DNA of 64,000 nucleotides from an uncultured Rhabdochlamydiaceae bacterium. GTDB lineage: Bacteria; Chlamydiota; Chlamydiia; Chlamydiales; Rhabdochlamydiaceae. How positions within the stretch are numbered: the first letter of the stretch is position 1; every line of letters begins with the position of its first letter. Below the pieces are notes generated by a model. It ran no database searches, had not been told where the DNA came from, and saw only the letters and a list, made by a program, of their open reading frames with translations. The translations under genes and the position numbers were made by a program. Shown one piece after another: positions 9,182 to 18,467 of the stretch. The stretch is taken from positions 512,001-576,000 of the forward strand of contig CAVQHD010000001.1 in assembly GCA_963712275.1 (NCBI GenBank), given 5' to 3'.

Positions 9182-11308
9182 TTATTTTTGTGCGCTCATC
9201 CTCTCCAACCGAATGGTGGGGTAAAGAAGTTTTCCATTCTCAGCAATGGCTCCAATATCTCTCAGCCAGGCAGAGACGGCATATCCAATATAGGTTCGAC
9301 TCGACTGTCGAAGGAAAAAGTCGATGGGAAGGTTAAAGGCAAACCCTTTGTCGTAGTACCGGCGTCCGTTGACATGATCGTGCCCATTTGTGATGGTATA
9401 CCATAGAGAAACCTGAAGCCCACTTTGAAACCACCGACTGATCTCAAATCGCACTCCGCGGTCTTTGGCTAAAAACTGCCCCGCTATCATTTTACAATCG
9501 AGATTCCATGGCTGCAGCGTGTAATAAAAGTTGAGAAAGTATTGAACCCCCAAAAAACGTTCATGGTGGACATGAAACCCTTTAAGAAAGCGGATATGGC
9601 GTGTGAAATTAAGCCCCTGGTAACGTCTTTTCCAAACGGTTGCTTCTTCCACGCCGATGGCCCAAGCTGAATTGGCAGGATAATAGAGAAGCTCTGTCGC
9701 CCCGCCTCCATAGGCTGGCTCAAAATAGCCTGCAGCAAGCCTGTAAAACCACCCTCTCCCTAGATGCCAACTTTTTTGAAGATAGGCCATCTCAAGGGAA
9801 AGCGTATTGGATTGAAAATACCGAACGGTATCGGTTCGGACATTGGGAAGTTGCGAAGGGTTTAGGCGATCGACATCTCCTAGGTGGAGGAAGCTCGATT
9901 TGACGGCGTAGCCTAATTGCGCCTGATAGTAAATGTTATCAAACAAGTACCCTTCCGGAGTCAGAATTAAGCTTAAATTGTATTTAACCTTTCCTGTCGA
10001 ACTTCCAAAAAAAGTTTGAACTCGGGGGCAGAAGGTGGCAAGCCACACTTCTTTTTTACGTTTGTAGAGAGTTGATGATCCTTCAGGGCGGTATTGACTA
10101 TTGCTCATCGGCGACAACGTTGCGATCTCATACCGCGTGACAGATCCCTCGCGGTACCGATAAAGATCTTCTGCTTGAAAGTGGTATCCTTGGCAAAGCA
10201 CTCCGTCGGCCTCGATCATCACTGTGACCCGTCGAATGTTTGAAGGGGTAATGGCTGCTAAAACGCGTTGAATGCGGTCTCGAACAATAGGCTCTTGCCG
10301 ATACATGTTATTGATGATTTTAATCCAAAGCTCTCCCTCTTTGGTCATGTAGACGCGATAAAGATCAAGTCCCTGAAGTCCAAAGCTGTATCCTAGCTCA
10401 TTGATGAAATCGGCGCTTGGCCGCACGACTCCAAGGGGCTCTGTGTCTACGGGGGCTCGATAGAGAAGAGGTTCGTGAGTTTTGGGAATAAATCCTCGAC
10501 TTGTTCCCAAGGGGTATCTCAGGGCTCCCATCGCAGAGATTTCTCTTCCGCGATGCGAGCTCAGGCTGACCTGAAGCGTCTTTCCTAAGACATAAGCAAG
10601 GCCGCCGCTTATTCGCGTTGCTACTTTACGTCCAAGGGGATGTTCATGAGGGTGGTGTTTATAGTCATAAGCATCATATTCGGCGATCATCGAAAGGTGT
10701 TTCAGAAAGGGGATCGTTGTTTTTCTCCACGGAGACCATGCGATGCCTCCAAAAAAACCTTTAATCCGTTTTCTTCCCCATCCTAAGGTCGCTTCTATGT
10801 TAGCATCGATGAAGACTTTGGTTGCGACGATGTATTGAGAATTAAACCGTTTTGTTCCAATGAAATCGTCGGCGCCCACGGCAAACTGAGGAAGATCATC
10901 AACTCCATCAAGGGGAAGGTTAAAGACAAATTTTGCATTCCCAATCCGTTCAGCATCGTCTCCAAATCCGGCATGTCCAAAGTTTTTCTCTGAGATCCCA
11001 GTATAGATGCGATAATTAAATGCGAGCTCAAGACGGTCAAAATATTGAAAGCTTGCGCCATAATTGTTATAGGGATGGACACGAGAAGCTCCAAGCGTCA
11101 CGACTCCCTCCGGAGGCACACGGGCAGAGGGCATATTAAAATACCCCCCTATCATCGAACTATTTTGAAAAAAAGGAAGCTCATCCTTCAGACGGCGATC
11201 GATGGCTTCTACAAGTTCAAGATCCCGAAATAAAGACCCCTGATCCTCGAGCCCTTCCAAACAAGCGATGAATAAGAAGAAGCCTATCAACCTGAGTTTT
11301 GGATTCAT
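9182..11308 (-). CDS. YjbH-domain outer-membrane protein
   Basis: Signal-like N-terminus, GYFNMPSAR and ..YDKGF.F..P motifs, beta-strand rich. Confidence 0.8.
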   Translation of the reverse strand: MNPKLRLIGFFLFIACLEGLEDQGSLFRDLELVEAIDRRLKDELPFFQNSSMIGGYFNMPSARVPPEGVVTLGASRVHPYNNYGASFQYFDRLELAFNYRIYTGISEKNFGHAGFGDDAERIGNAKFVFNLPLDGVDDLPQFAVGADDFIGTKRFNSQYIVATKVFIDANIEATLGWGRKRIKGFFGGIAWSPWRKTTIPFLKHLSMIAEYDAYDYKHHPHEHPLGRKVATRISGGLAYVLGKTLQVSLSSHRGREISAMGALRYPLGTSRGFIPKTHEPLLYRAPVDTEPLGVVRPSADFINELGYSFGLQGLDLYRVYMTKEGELWIKIINNMYRQEPIVRDRIQRVLAAITPSNIRRVTVMIEADGVLCQGYHFQAEDLYRYREGSVTRYEIATLSPMSNSQYRPEGSSTLYKRKKEVWLATFCPRVQTFFGSSTGKVKYNLSLILTPEGYLFDNIYYQAQLGYAVKSSFLHLGDVDRLNPSQLPNVRTDTVRYFQSNTLSLEMAYLQKSWHLGRGWFYRLAAGYFEPAYGGGATELLYYPANSAWAIGVEEATVWKRRYQGLNFTRHIRFLKGFHVHHERFLGVQYFLNFYYTLQPWNLDCKMIAGQFLAKDRGVRFEISRWFQSGLQVSLWYTITNGHDHVNGRRYYDKGFAFNLPIDFFLRQSSRTYIGYAVSAWLRDIGAIAENGKLLYPTIRLERMSAQK

Positions 11309-11311
11309 TTC

Positions 11312-11383
11312 AGAGAGTCTTATAGCAGCTTTCGGTCAATTTTCAAAGATTTCGACGAACCCTGAGTTTTGCGAGCTACCTCT
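11312..11383. repeat. Degenerate short copy of the GAG..GCAAAACTC-ended MITE-like family
   Basis: Minus strand reads AGAGGTAGCTCGCAAAACTCAGG, similar to 56500 AGAGGGAGCTCGCAAAATTC and 26042 AGAGGGTGTCTTAAAACTCAGG. Confidence 0.45.
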
Positions 11384-11398
11384 TCGACGAATTCATAA

Positions 11399-11541
11399 AT
11401 TTCTTCACCACAGAGACACGGAGGAAGATGAGATTGCACAGAGAAAAAAATAAGTTTTTCTCTGTGCAATCTCATCTTCCTCCGTGTCTCTGTGGTGAAG
11501 AAATGGAAATAAGCACGAGTAAGTAGAGGTTTCAAATATTT
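11399..11541. mobile_element. Gene-less palindromic element of the GxxExxY-associated family
   Basis: Perfect 50-bp arms 11399-11448 / 11455-11504 with a 6-nt loop; right flank to about 11541 matches the outer arm of the 58456-59104 element. Confidence 0.85.
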
Positions 11542-11647
11542 TTTCTAGTTTCCTACGCCCTGGTTCTCTGCTGAATCAAGATTGAATAGAATTGTTCAGC
11601 CGTTTATACTTTTTCTCACTGGAGAATCTCACACTAAGGATTTCAAA

Positions 11648-13807
11648 ATGAGCTATCTGAAGGATTTCCTGACAAAAATCTCCTTGAGAGATTACCCCGC
11701 TTTTCTCCGCTTGTGGGAAGAGTACTGCATGAGTGATGAGGTCGATCCCCAGGAGTTAAAACAAATTTTAATTTCTACAAAAAACAGTGAATTTGCAGAG
11801 CCGTTTGGTAAGTATGTTGAAAATATACTTCCTCTCTGGGAAATAATTGCAGAATCCCCTGAAAAGCACGATATTTTTAAGTTGATTATTGACCTTGAAA
11901 CGACAGAGAGTGAAGAGCTTAGGAAAAAAGTCCTGAGCTATTTACAGCAGAAGTATCCTGAGGCAGATAATCTAAGTGAAAAAATACGGCTAACAGGTCT
12001 TCGAGGGAAAGACAAATTCCAAGGGGCTGTGGCCAGCTTTGAGCTTCTCAACCATATGATGAAGGGAAGGTTTGTTTTTCATACAGGCGGATGGGGCGTT
12101 GGCGAAATTATCGACATGTCCATGTTAAGAGAGCAGCTTTCCATTGAATTTGAACATGTGGCTGGAAAAAAAGATCTCTCGTTTGCAAACGCATTTAAGA
12201 CGTTAATTCCCATTCCGGATGGCCATTTTCTCGCCTTGCGCTTTGGGAACCCAGACCAGCTTGAGCGACAAGCCAAAGAGCAACCTGGGGAAGTGATTCG
12301 GATGATGCTTCGTGATTTGGGCCCTAAAACAGCAGCCGAAATAAAAGATGAACTTTGCGGCCTTGTCATTCCTGAAGAAGAATGGGCCAAATGGTGGCAA
12401 AACACTCGAACTAAAATTAAAAAAGATACGATGATCGAAGCGCCCGAAGATCTCAGGCGGCCGTTTGTGCTTCGCAGAGCTGAAGTAGCCCACGAGGACC
12501 GTCTACGCAAAATCTTAGAAACCACCCCTGAAATTAGCTCTGTCATCCATGCAATTTATTCCTTTTCCCGCGATTTTCCTGAAATGCTTAAAAATCCTGA
12601 GTTTAAGTCATTTTTGTACACAAAAGCTCAAGAAAGTCTCACTTTTCCAGATTTAACTGAAGCTAAACAGCTGCAGCTCGATTTCTTTATTGAAGACTTT
12701 TCTGCAGGGAAAAGTGCAGGTGACGCCGCAGCTCTGATCAAAGAGACGAAGTCTGTCGAGGCCCTTGTCCAATCCATTGATATCCTCGCCTTTAAGAAAA
12801 GAGCTTTGATGGTTGCCCGAAAAGTACGCCCCGATTGGAAAGCGCTCTTTCTTAACCTTCTACTGACCGTTGATCAAAATCCTATACGAGATTATCTCTT
12901 TTCAGAGCTCGATCATCCCGAGACGCGTCAAGATTTAATTCAAAAATTAGAAGATCTCCTCATGCATCCAGCCCATTATCCGGATGCCTTTATCTGGTAT
13001 TTCCAGAAGATCATGAGCCAAGAAGGAATTCCTTTTGCGGATAAAGAAAACAAAAGTCGATTTTTCGAAGGTTTTTTTATTGTTCTTCACCATATCGAGC
13101 ATTTAGCGACAGAACGTGAGCTAGTGAAAAAAATGCATGGGATTCTCACGGCAGGCCGTTATGCAATCGTGAGAGAAATTCTTCGGGGAGCTCCCATTGA
13201 AGTTGTTCAAGAGTTTTTACTGCTTGCGACCAAGTGCCACTCTCTTAGCGGCCACGATATCAAGATTTTACATTCTCTGGCGGAGGTCGTGCACCCATCG
13301 CTTGGCAAAATGCGAAAAACGCAAGAGGCGTCTGGGGATGAAAATATCATTTGGACCACCGAAGCGGGGTTTAATAAAGTTAAACACCGAATGCAGGAGA
13401 TTGCAACGGTTAAGACCGTTGAAAATGCTCGCGGGATCGAAGTTGCCCGTTCGCATGGAGATTTGCGTGAGAATGCTGAATTTAAAGCGGCTCTTGAAGA
13501 ACGAGCTCGCCTTCAATCTGAGCTTAAAATGCTCTCCGATCAAGTGAACCGATGCCGTATCATCACAAAAGCTGACATTTCAACAGACGAGGTGGGAATT
13601 GGCTGCGTGGTTTCCTGCAAAAACAATGCAGGGAAAGTTCTCCAGTATACTCTTCTAGGCCCATGGGATGCAGATGTCAATCAAGGGATCCTGGCTTTTC
13701 AATCAAAATTTGCCCAAGCGATCAAAGGGCTCTCTTTAGGGGATAAATTTCAATTTCAAGGTGAAGAATTTACAATTACGGATATTCAAAGCTATCTCGA
13801 CAAATAA
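11648..13807 (+). CDS. greA: Transcription elongation factor GreA, long chlamydial form
   Basis: C-terminal ARSHGDLRENAEFKAA GreA motif on a ~720-aa protein; ATG at 11648 with AAGGA RBS. Confidence 0.92.
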   Translation: MSYLKDFLTKISLRDYPAFLRLWEEYCMSDEVDPQELKQILISTKNSEFAEPFGKYVENILPLWEIIAESPEKHDIFKLIIDLETTESEELRKKVLSYLQQKYPEADNLSEKIRLTGLRGKDKFQGAVASFELLNHMMKGRFVFHTGGWGVGEIIDMSMLREQLSIEFEHVAGKKDLSFANAFKTLIPIPDGHFLALRFGNPDQLERQAKEQPGEVIRMMLRDLGPKTAAEIKDELCGLVIPEEEWAKWWQNTRTKIKKDTMIEAPEDLRRPFVLRRAEVAHEDRLRKILETTPEISSVIHAIYSFSRDFPEMLKNPEFKSFLYTKAQESLTFPDLTEAKQLQLDFFIEDFSAGKSAGDAAALIKETKSVEALVQSIDILAFKKRALMVARKVRPDWKALFLNLLLTVDQNPIRDYLFSELDHPETRQDLIQKLEDLLMHPAHYPDAFIWYFQKIMSQEGIPFADKENKSRFFEGFFIVLHHIEHLATERELVKKMHGILTAGRYAIVREILRGAPIEVVQEFLLLATKCHSLSGHDIKILHSLAEVVHPSLGKMRKTQEASGDENIIWTTEAGFNKVKHRMQEIATVKTVENARGIEVARSHGDLRENAEFKAALEERARLQSELKMLSDQVNRCRIITKADISTDEVGIGCVVSCKNNAGKVLQYTLLGPWDADVNQGILAFQSKFAQAIKGLSLGDKFQFQGEEFTITDIQSYLDK

Positions 13808-13841
13808 AAGTTTTGCTACTCTAGGGTAAAAAGGGAAAAAT

Positions 13842-14462
13842 GTGCAGCTGATTATCGCGAGCCGAAACATCCACAAGATCCGAGAGCTTCGCACGATGCT
13901 GAAATCCTATAAAGAATTTGATCTTCTCTCCCTTCTTGATTTCCCAAGCTACCAACCGCTTCCTGATGATGACCAGTCTCTTGAATCAAGAGCGGTTCAA
14001 AAAGCTGTCCATGCAGCTCGCGAACTCAATCAATGGGTGATTTCCGATCAAGCAGGACTGTTTGTTCCTGCTCTTCAAGGAGAGCCCGGCCTCCATTCTG
14101 CCAGGTATGCAGGTCCCGCGGCTTCAGATAGTGAAAATCGAAAAAAGCTGCTCAGCGCAATGCACCATCTGACAGACCTAGATCGACAGGCTTATTTCGA
14201 ATGTTGGCTAGCGATCGCTTCCCCTGAGGGTCTTAAAAAATGCGTTCGCGGAGTCTGTGAAGGGACCATTGCTTCCGAAGAGAGGGGAGGCAAAGGGTTT
14301 GGATACGACTCCCTCTTTCTCAAATATGAGTACCGAAAGACCTTTGCCGAACTTGACGCCATCAAAGACCGCGTCTCGCATCGGCGCAAAGCCGTTGCCA
14401 AACTCCACCTCTATCTTGAGTCACTATCTGAGCAATTGGCTGCCAAAGAGGGGTCTTCTTAG
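13842..14462 (+). CDS. rdgB: Non-canonical purine NTP pyrophosphatase (Ham1/RdgB)
   Basis: ASRNIHKIRE, PGLHSARYAG, GFGYD and SHR motifs. Confidence 0.9.
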   Translation: MQLIIASRNIHKIRELRTMLKSYKEFDLLSLLDFPSYQPLPDDDQSLESRAVQKAVHAARELNQWVISDQAGLFVPALQGEPGLHSARYAGPAASDSENRKKLLSAMHHLTDLDRQAYFECWLAIASPEGLKKCVRGVCEGTIASEERGGKGFGYDSLFLKYEYRKTFAELDAIKDRVSHRRKAVAKLHLYLESLSEQLAAKEGSS

Positions 14463-14517
14463 TTAGCTGGCCTAATTCCAACTGTTGCGATTCTGTTTGC
14501 TGAAAAAAGCTTCAAAA

Positions 14518-14535
14518 TAGTATCATTTGATGCTA
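14518..14535. promoter_or_regulatory. Palindrome upstream of TA operon, putative antitoxin operator
   Basis: TAGTATCA-TT-TGATGCTA (7/8 pairs) overlapping a likely -10 region, about 20 nt before the toxin ATG. Confidence 0.4.
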
Positions 14536-14554
14536 ATCCAAATGGATATGAAGA

Positions 14555-14923
14555 ATGACCTATACGCAACAGCGCCCTACAAATCGTGAACTTGACAACA
14601 AGATAAAGGCCGCAAAAAAAGCGATCAGCAAGAAAAAAGTTTACATAGCTAATCTTACCAAAATGTATAGCGATTTAAATGAGCTTGACTTGGGAAATAC
14701 AGAAGAGATATGGCGGATTGTAAATATATTATTAGAGGAAATTTCTTATGATGATTATTGCGGAGGTCATCCTCCTGAACAAGCCCGCGAGCAAACAATT
14801 GAAGGATGTGATTTATATGCATTTTCATGGCAAAGCACTAAATATAATAGAAAAATGTATTTGAAATTTTCAATTATGGAAGATTTTTTCTATTTAGTTT
14901 CAATCCATGAAAGCAGAAGGTGA
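14555..14923 (+). CDS. Putative type II toxin (MqsR/RelE-superfamily-like)
   Basis: 122 aa, AT-rich, ending ...KMYLKFSI...LVSIHES; overlaps the start of a Zn-ribbon/HTH gene. Confidence 0.65.
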   Translation: MTYTQQRPTNRELDNKIKAAKKAISKKKVYIANLTKMYSDLNELDLGNTEEIWRIVNILLEEISYDDYCGGHPPEQAREQTIEGCDLYAFSWQSTKYNRKMYLKFSIMEDFFYLVSIHESRR

Positions 14924-14925
14924 TT

Positions 14926-15795
14926 ATGAAATGTATAAAATGCAATAACGATAAATTTGAGCTGAAACAAATAGAGCTTTCTCCAGAAATAAAAGGGGAA
15001 TTAGTAACTGTTGCTGTTGAGGCTTATGTATGTGAAGAATGTGAAACTCCGCTAATGACAGACAGGCAAATGAATGCTTTTAGAAAAGCTGGAGCAGACA
15101 AGTATCGCGAAAAGCATAACCTGCTGACTTCAAAACAAATTATTGAATATCGTGAAGCATTGGGCATGTCACAAACTAATTTTGCACATTATTTACAAGT
15201 TGGTGAAGCAAGTATTAAACGCTGGGAAACTTACTACATTCAGGACTCAAGCCAAGATGATCATATTAGACTAAAATGTGATGAAGCCTATGCCGAATTG
15301 AATTATTTAGATATTTTGTGGAAACATAAGAAACCCGATATTTTTAGTGGAGGTAAGCAATTTTCCTTTGAATTATTCAAAAACGTTTCAATTTTTTTAG
15401 CAAAAATAACAGAGGAAAGTATAATTATAACTAATAAAATACATTATTACGTGGACTTTTTACATTACAAAACAAACAAAATCAGCCTTACAGGCGCACG
15501 GTATGTCCCTCTAAAATATGGCCCATGTCCAGATCAATACAGAATACTATATGATGTTTTAGTGCAAAAAGGAATCTTGGAGGTTATAAACGAACATAAT
15601 TATAAAGCGAAAATAGATCCAGATATGTCTATATTCAGTGAGAATGAAATACAAACACTTGAATTTATATTGGATATTTTCAAAAGGAAAGGCGGCAAAT
15701 ATTTTTATAATTTATCGCACAAAGAAAAAGGTTACACTGATACTGAGGAATGCAAATTCATAAGCTATGAATATGCCAATCAATTAAACATTTGA
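14926..15795 (+). CDS. MqsA-like antitoxin (Zn ribbon + HTH) fused to DUF4065/SocA-like domain
   Basis: CxxC...CxxC, LGMSQTNFAHYLQVGEASIKRWE HTH, then NKIHYYVDF...LKYGP...LSHKE. Confidence 0.8.
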   Translation: MKCIKCNNDKFELKQIELSPEIKGELVTVAVEAYVCEECETPLMTDRQMNAFRKAGADKYREKHNLLTSKQIIEYREALGMSQTNFAHYLQVGEASIKRWETYYIQDSSQDDHIRLKCDEAYAELNYLDILWKHKKPDIFSGGKQFSFELFKNVSIFLAKITEESIIITNKIHYYVDFLHYKTNKISLTGARYVPLKYGPCPDQYRILYDVLVQKGILEVINEHNYKAKIDPDMSIFSENEIQTLEFILDIFKRKGGKYFYNLSHKEKGYTDTEECKFISYEYANQLNI

Positions 15796-15798
15796 CTT

Positions 15799-16152
15799 TT
15801 AATTCGGGACGTCGTTGGGGTCGTCGTCGTAGAGCTCGTCGTAGACGGAAGGACGCTCTTGTTTATATTGCTTTGAGACAACCTGCCCATTTTTGATCAC
15901 GAGGGTGTAATTATTTTGCTCGACGATTTGCTCTTGAACGGGAATTCGCTCGATGAACAGGTATTCTTGGCTTCCATCCTTTTTGGATTGGATAGAGTAC
16001 GGTTTCCCATATTTTTTCACGACAGCTTCAATAGAAGTTCCCAGCTCAATTTCATAAAACTCTCTTTTCGTCATGACAGGAGAGGCGTAGCAGGTTGCCG
16101 CTATAGCAAGAAAAAAAGTTAAGAGGATTTTTTTGAAAGGTGTTCTTGCCAT
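15799..16152 (-). CDS. Exported BamE/SmpA-like small protein
   Basis: Signal peptide followed by I.LG.S...V..KYGKP motif. Confidence 0.6.
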   Translation of the reverse strand: MARTPFKKILLTFFLAIAATCYASPVMTKREFYEIELGTSIEAVVKKYGKPYSIQSKKDGSQEYLFIERIPVQEQIVEQNNYTLVIKNGQVVSKQYKQERPSVYDELYDDDPNDVPN

Positions 16153-16574
16153 ACTTTTCCTTTAATGATGGTTCTAAGCTCAGCAGTTGCGTATTCAGCA
16201 TGCAAAAGATACGACTCATCCGCTTGTTTTTCATAGGTTTCAAACCCCTCAAACCCAATCTGAGGAGCTCGAAATTCCCAGGCAATCATTTGGTCTGTTA
16301 TCAGCCCTTTTCCTGAGACTCTTCCAATCGAAGGGCTGTCGAGATCTAAACAAAAATTTCCAGAGGCAAAATCGTAAAAAAGAAGCTCATTATGCATCAC
16401 CTCAGAGAGCCCTTTAACTTGGATCTGCTGAGCGCACTCAATTTTGCCATCAGCTGTTTTTTGAGACACATTCCACTTGGTGTAGAAAGGGAGCTCCTCT
16501 TCGACCATATTGAGCTGAATTTTCCCTTCTCCAAGCCAAGAACTGGGACTGAAAATAAAAAGATGTTTTGTCAT
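16119..16574 (-). CDS. Conserved hypothetical protein (beta-barrel-like)
   Basis: 151-aa ORF translationally coupled to rodA. Confidence 0.7.
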   Translation of the reverse strand: MTKHLFIFSPSSWLGEGKIQLNMVEEELPFYTKWNVSQKTADGKIECAQQIQVKGLSEVMHNELLFYDFASGNFCLDLDSPSIGRVSGKGLITDQMIAWEFRAPQIGFEGFETYEKQADESYLLHAEYATAELRTIIKGKVWQEHLSKKSS

Positions 16575-16575
16575 A

Positions 16576-17700
16576 TTAAAACATAAACCTGCGGCTGTAA
16601 ATGCTCTGTAAAATCCCTAGGGCCATCATGGAAGAGAGCGTCGAGGATCCTCCATAAGTCACAAGGATTAACGGGACGCCAGTAATCGGTAGAAAGCCGA
16701 CCATCATTCCGATGTTCACGATGACATGCGATGCCAGGTAAATCGTAATCCCTGCCGACAAAAGACGTCCAAACGTATCCTTAGCTCCAGCTGTAACTTG
16801 AAAACTAAAATAAATCAAACCGAAAAAAAAGAGCAGGATTAAAAAAACTCCTATAAAACCAAACTCTTCTGCATAGGCAGCAAAAACTGAGTCGGTGTGG
16901 GCCGCGGGAAGCCACTCTCTTCCTGAAAACTCGCTTTGGAGCCAACCGGTCCCCGTGATCCCGCCGAGTCCAATCGCTGTTTGGGAGGCTCTCTGATGGT
17001 ACGTATTTGGATTGAGCCGCTCGTACTGATATTCTTTCAAAAATTTTGTTGCATACGGATGCATTTTTTCATGGGAAAGTACACCTGTAAACAGAAGTCC
17101 TACAAAAATGAGGCCCACAGCTCCGAGAATCATAAGCGTTCGTACCACTAGCCGGTGGATTCCTCCAAGATAAAACATGACAAGAGCCGTGGGGTAGAGA
17201 ACGAGGGCTGTTCCCAGATCAGGCTGCTTTAAAATGAGGATAAAAGGGATCAAAACAATCACAAGGGCCTGAAATGCCGTTCGCAAGCTTCCAATATTTC
17301 CCCCTTTGAGTTCTAGAAAAGCGCTCAAGGTGATCACCACGACTAATTTGGCATATTCCGAAGGTTGAAATTCCCGCCCTAGTAGAGGAATTCGATACCA
17401 TCTGTGAACATTTTGAATTGGCGTCGTAAAGAAAAGGCCGATTAAAAGGAGAATGATTAATCCATAGAAAACCCACGACCAAGCGCGTAACTTTCGATAA
17501 TCCGTGCCGACTAAAAAGGAGTAAGCGAGCCATCCCATCATGAACCATTGAATTTGGGATTTTGCCGTCTCTGTTAAATAAGAGGCGGCTTCTCCACTCG
17601 CAGTCATCGAAGAAATCACAAGAATACTAATCCACATCAGCGCCAAGATCAGCGGCACTGTTCTCAGGTCAATTCTTGCAAGATATCGATAGTCCCACAT
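16576..17700 (-). CDS. rodA: Rod shape-determining protein RodA (SEDS family)
   Basis: FQPSEYAK, QPDLGTA, AHTDSVFA and TYGGSS motifs; multi-TM. Confidence 0.88.
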   Translation of the reverse strand: MWDYRYLARIDLRTVPLILALMWISILVISSMTASGEAASYLTETAKSQIQWFMMGWLAYSFLVGTDYRKLRAWSWVFYGLIILLLIGLFFTTPIQNVHRWYRIPLLGREFQPSEYAKLVVVITLSAFLELKGGNIGSLRTAFQALVIVLIPFILILKQPDLGTALVLYPTALVMFYLGGIHRLVVRTLMILGAVGLIFVGLLFTGVLSHEKMHPYATKFLKEYQYERLNPNTYHQRASQTAIGLGGITGTGWLQSEFSGREWLPAAHTDSVFAAYAEEFGFIGVFLILLFFFGLIYFSFQVTAGAKDTFGRLLSAGITIYLASHVIVNIGMMVGFLPITGVPLILVTYGGSSTLSSMMALGILQSIYSRRFMF

Positions 17701-17720
17701 ATAGTTAGCCTACCTGAAGT

Positions 17721-18467
17721 ATGGATAAAAATATCGCGGTTGATTTTATTCAACTTGAATCAATCCCTTCAACAAATACATGGGCTAAAGAGCACGCCCT
17801 GATGTTCAATCCATCGCATCTCACATGCATTACAGCTGAGGAGCAGACAGGAGGGCGGGGCCGTCGAGACAAAAAATGGCTCTCTCCCAAAGGGATGAAT
17901 CTCTATTCGACCTTCTATTTTGTCATCCCCAATTCATCTTCGTATCTTGCCAATCTAGGACAGGTGATGGTGCTTGCATGCGCAGAATTGCTTCTTGAAA
18001 TGGGGGTTCCTGTTGAAATTAAATGGCCTAACGATCTTCTTGCTCAAAAGAAAAAAATAGGCGGGGTTTTGACAGAGACAATCCCTCTTCAATCGGAGAT
18101 CGGGGTTATTCTGGGGTTGGGGCTTAATGTGAATATGCCTCAGGAGCTTTTAATGACAATTAATCAACCGGCAACATCGCTCCATTTCTTTCTTGAGAGG
18201 CCCCTTCAGCCGGCAAGCTTATTGCAGCCGCTTCTTGGGCATTTCATCCCCTGCCTAAACGAGCTCCAATCGTTTGGTTTTTCTCCACTTCAGCCCCGGT
18301 TTGAGCGGCTGCTTGCTTATCGAGGTCAAAGGATCACCGTGCATCTTCCTCAAAAAAAGATTCAAGGCATTTGCGACTCCATTACAAAAGAGGGGTGTTT
18401 AAGGCTGCAACTCGCGACGGGTCAATTTTTAACACTTTCGATTGGTGAAATTAATAACTTGCATTGA
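17721..18467 (+). CDS. birA: Biotin-protein ligase (no DNA-binding domain)
   Basis: STN, QTGGRGRR, KWPND and KIGGVL motifs. Confidence 0.95.
   Translation: MDKNIAVDFIQLESIPSTNTWAKEHALMFNPSHLTCITAEEQTGGRGRRDKKWLSPKGMNLYSTFYFVIPNSSSYLANLGQVMVLACAELLLEMGVPVEIKWPNDLLAQKKKIGGVLTETIPLQSEIGVILGLGLNVNMPQELLMTINQPATSLHFFLERPLQPASLLQPLLGHFIPCLNELQSFGFSPLQPRFERLLAYRGQRITVHLPQKKIQGICDSITKEGCLRLQLATGQFLTLSIGEINNLH

Noticed and set aside
11268..11535. Short ORFs 11268-11453 (+) and 11320-11535 (-)
   Set aside because: They are translations of the palindromic repeat (HHRDTEE / FTTETRR) with no independent coding evidence.
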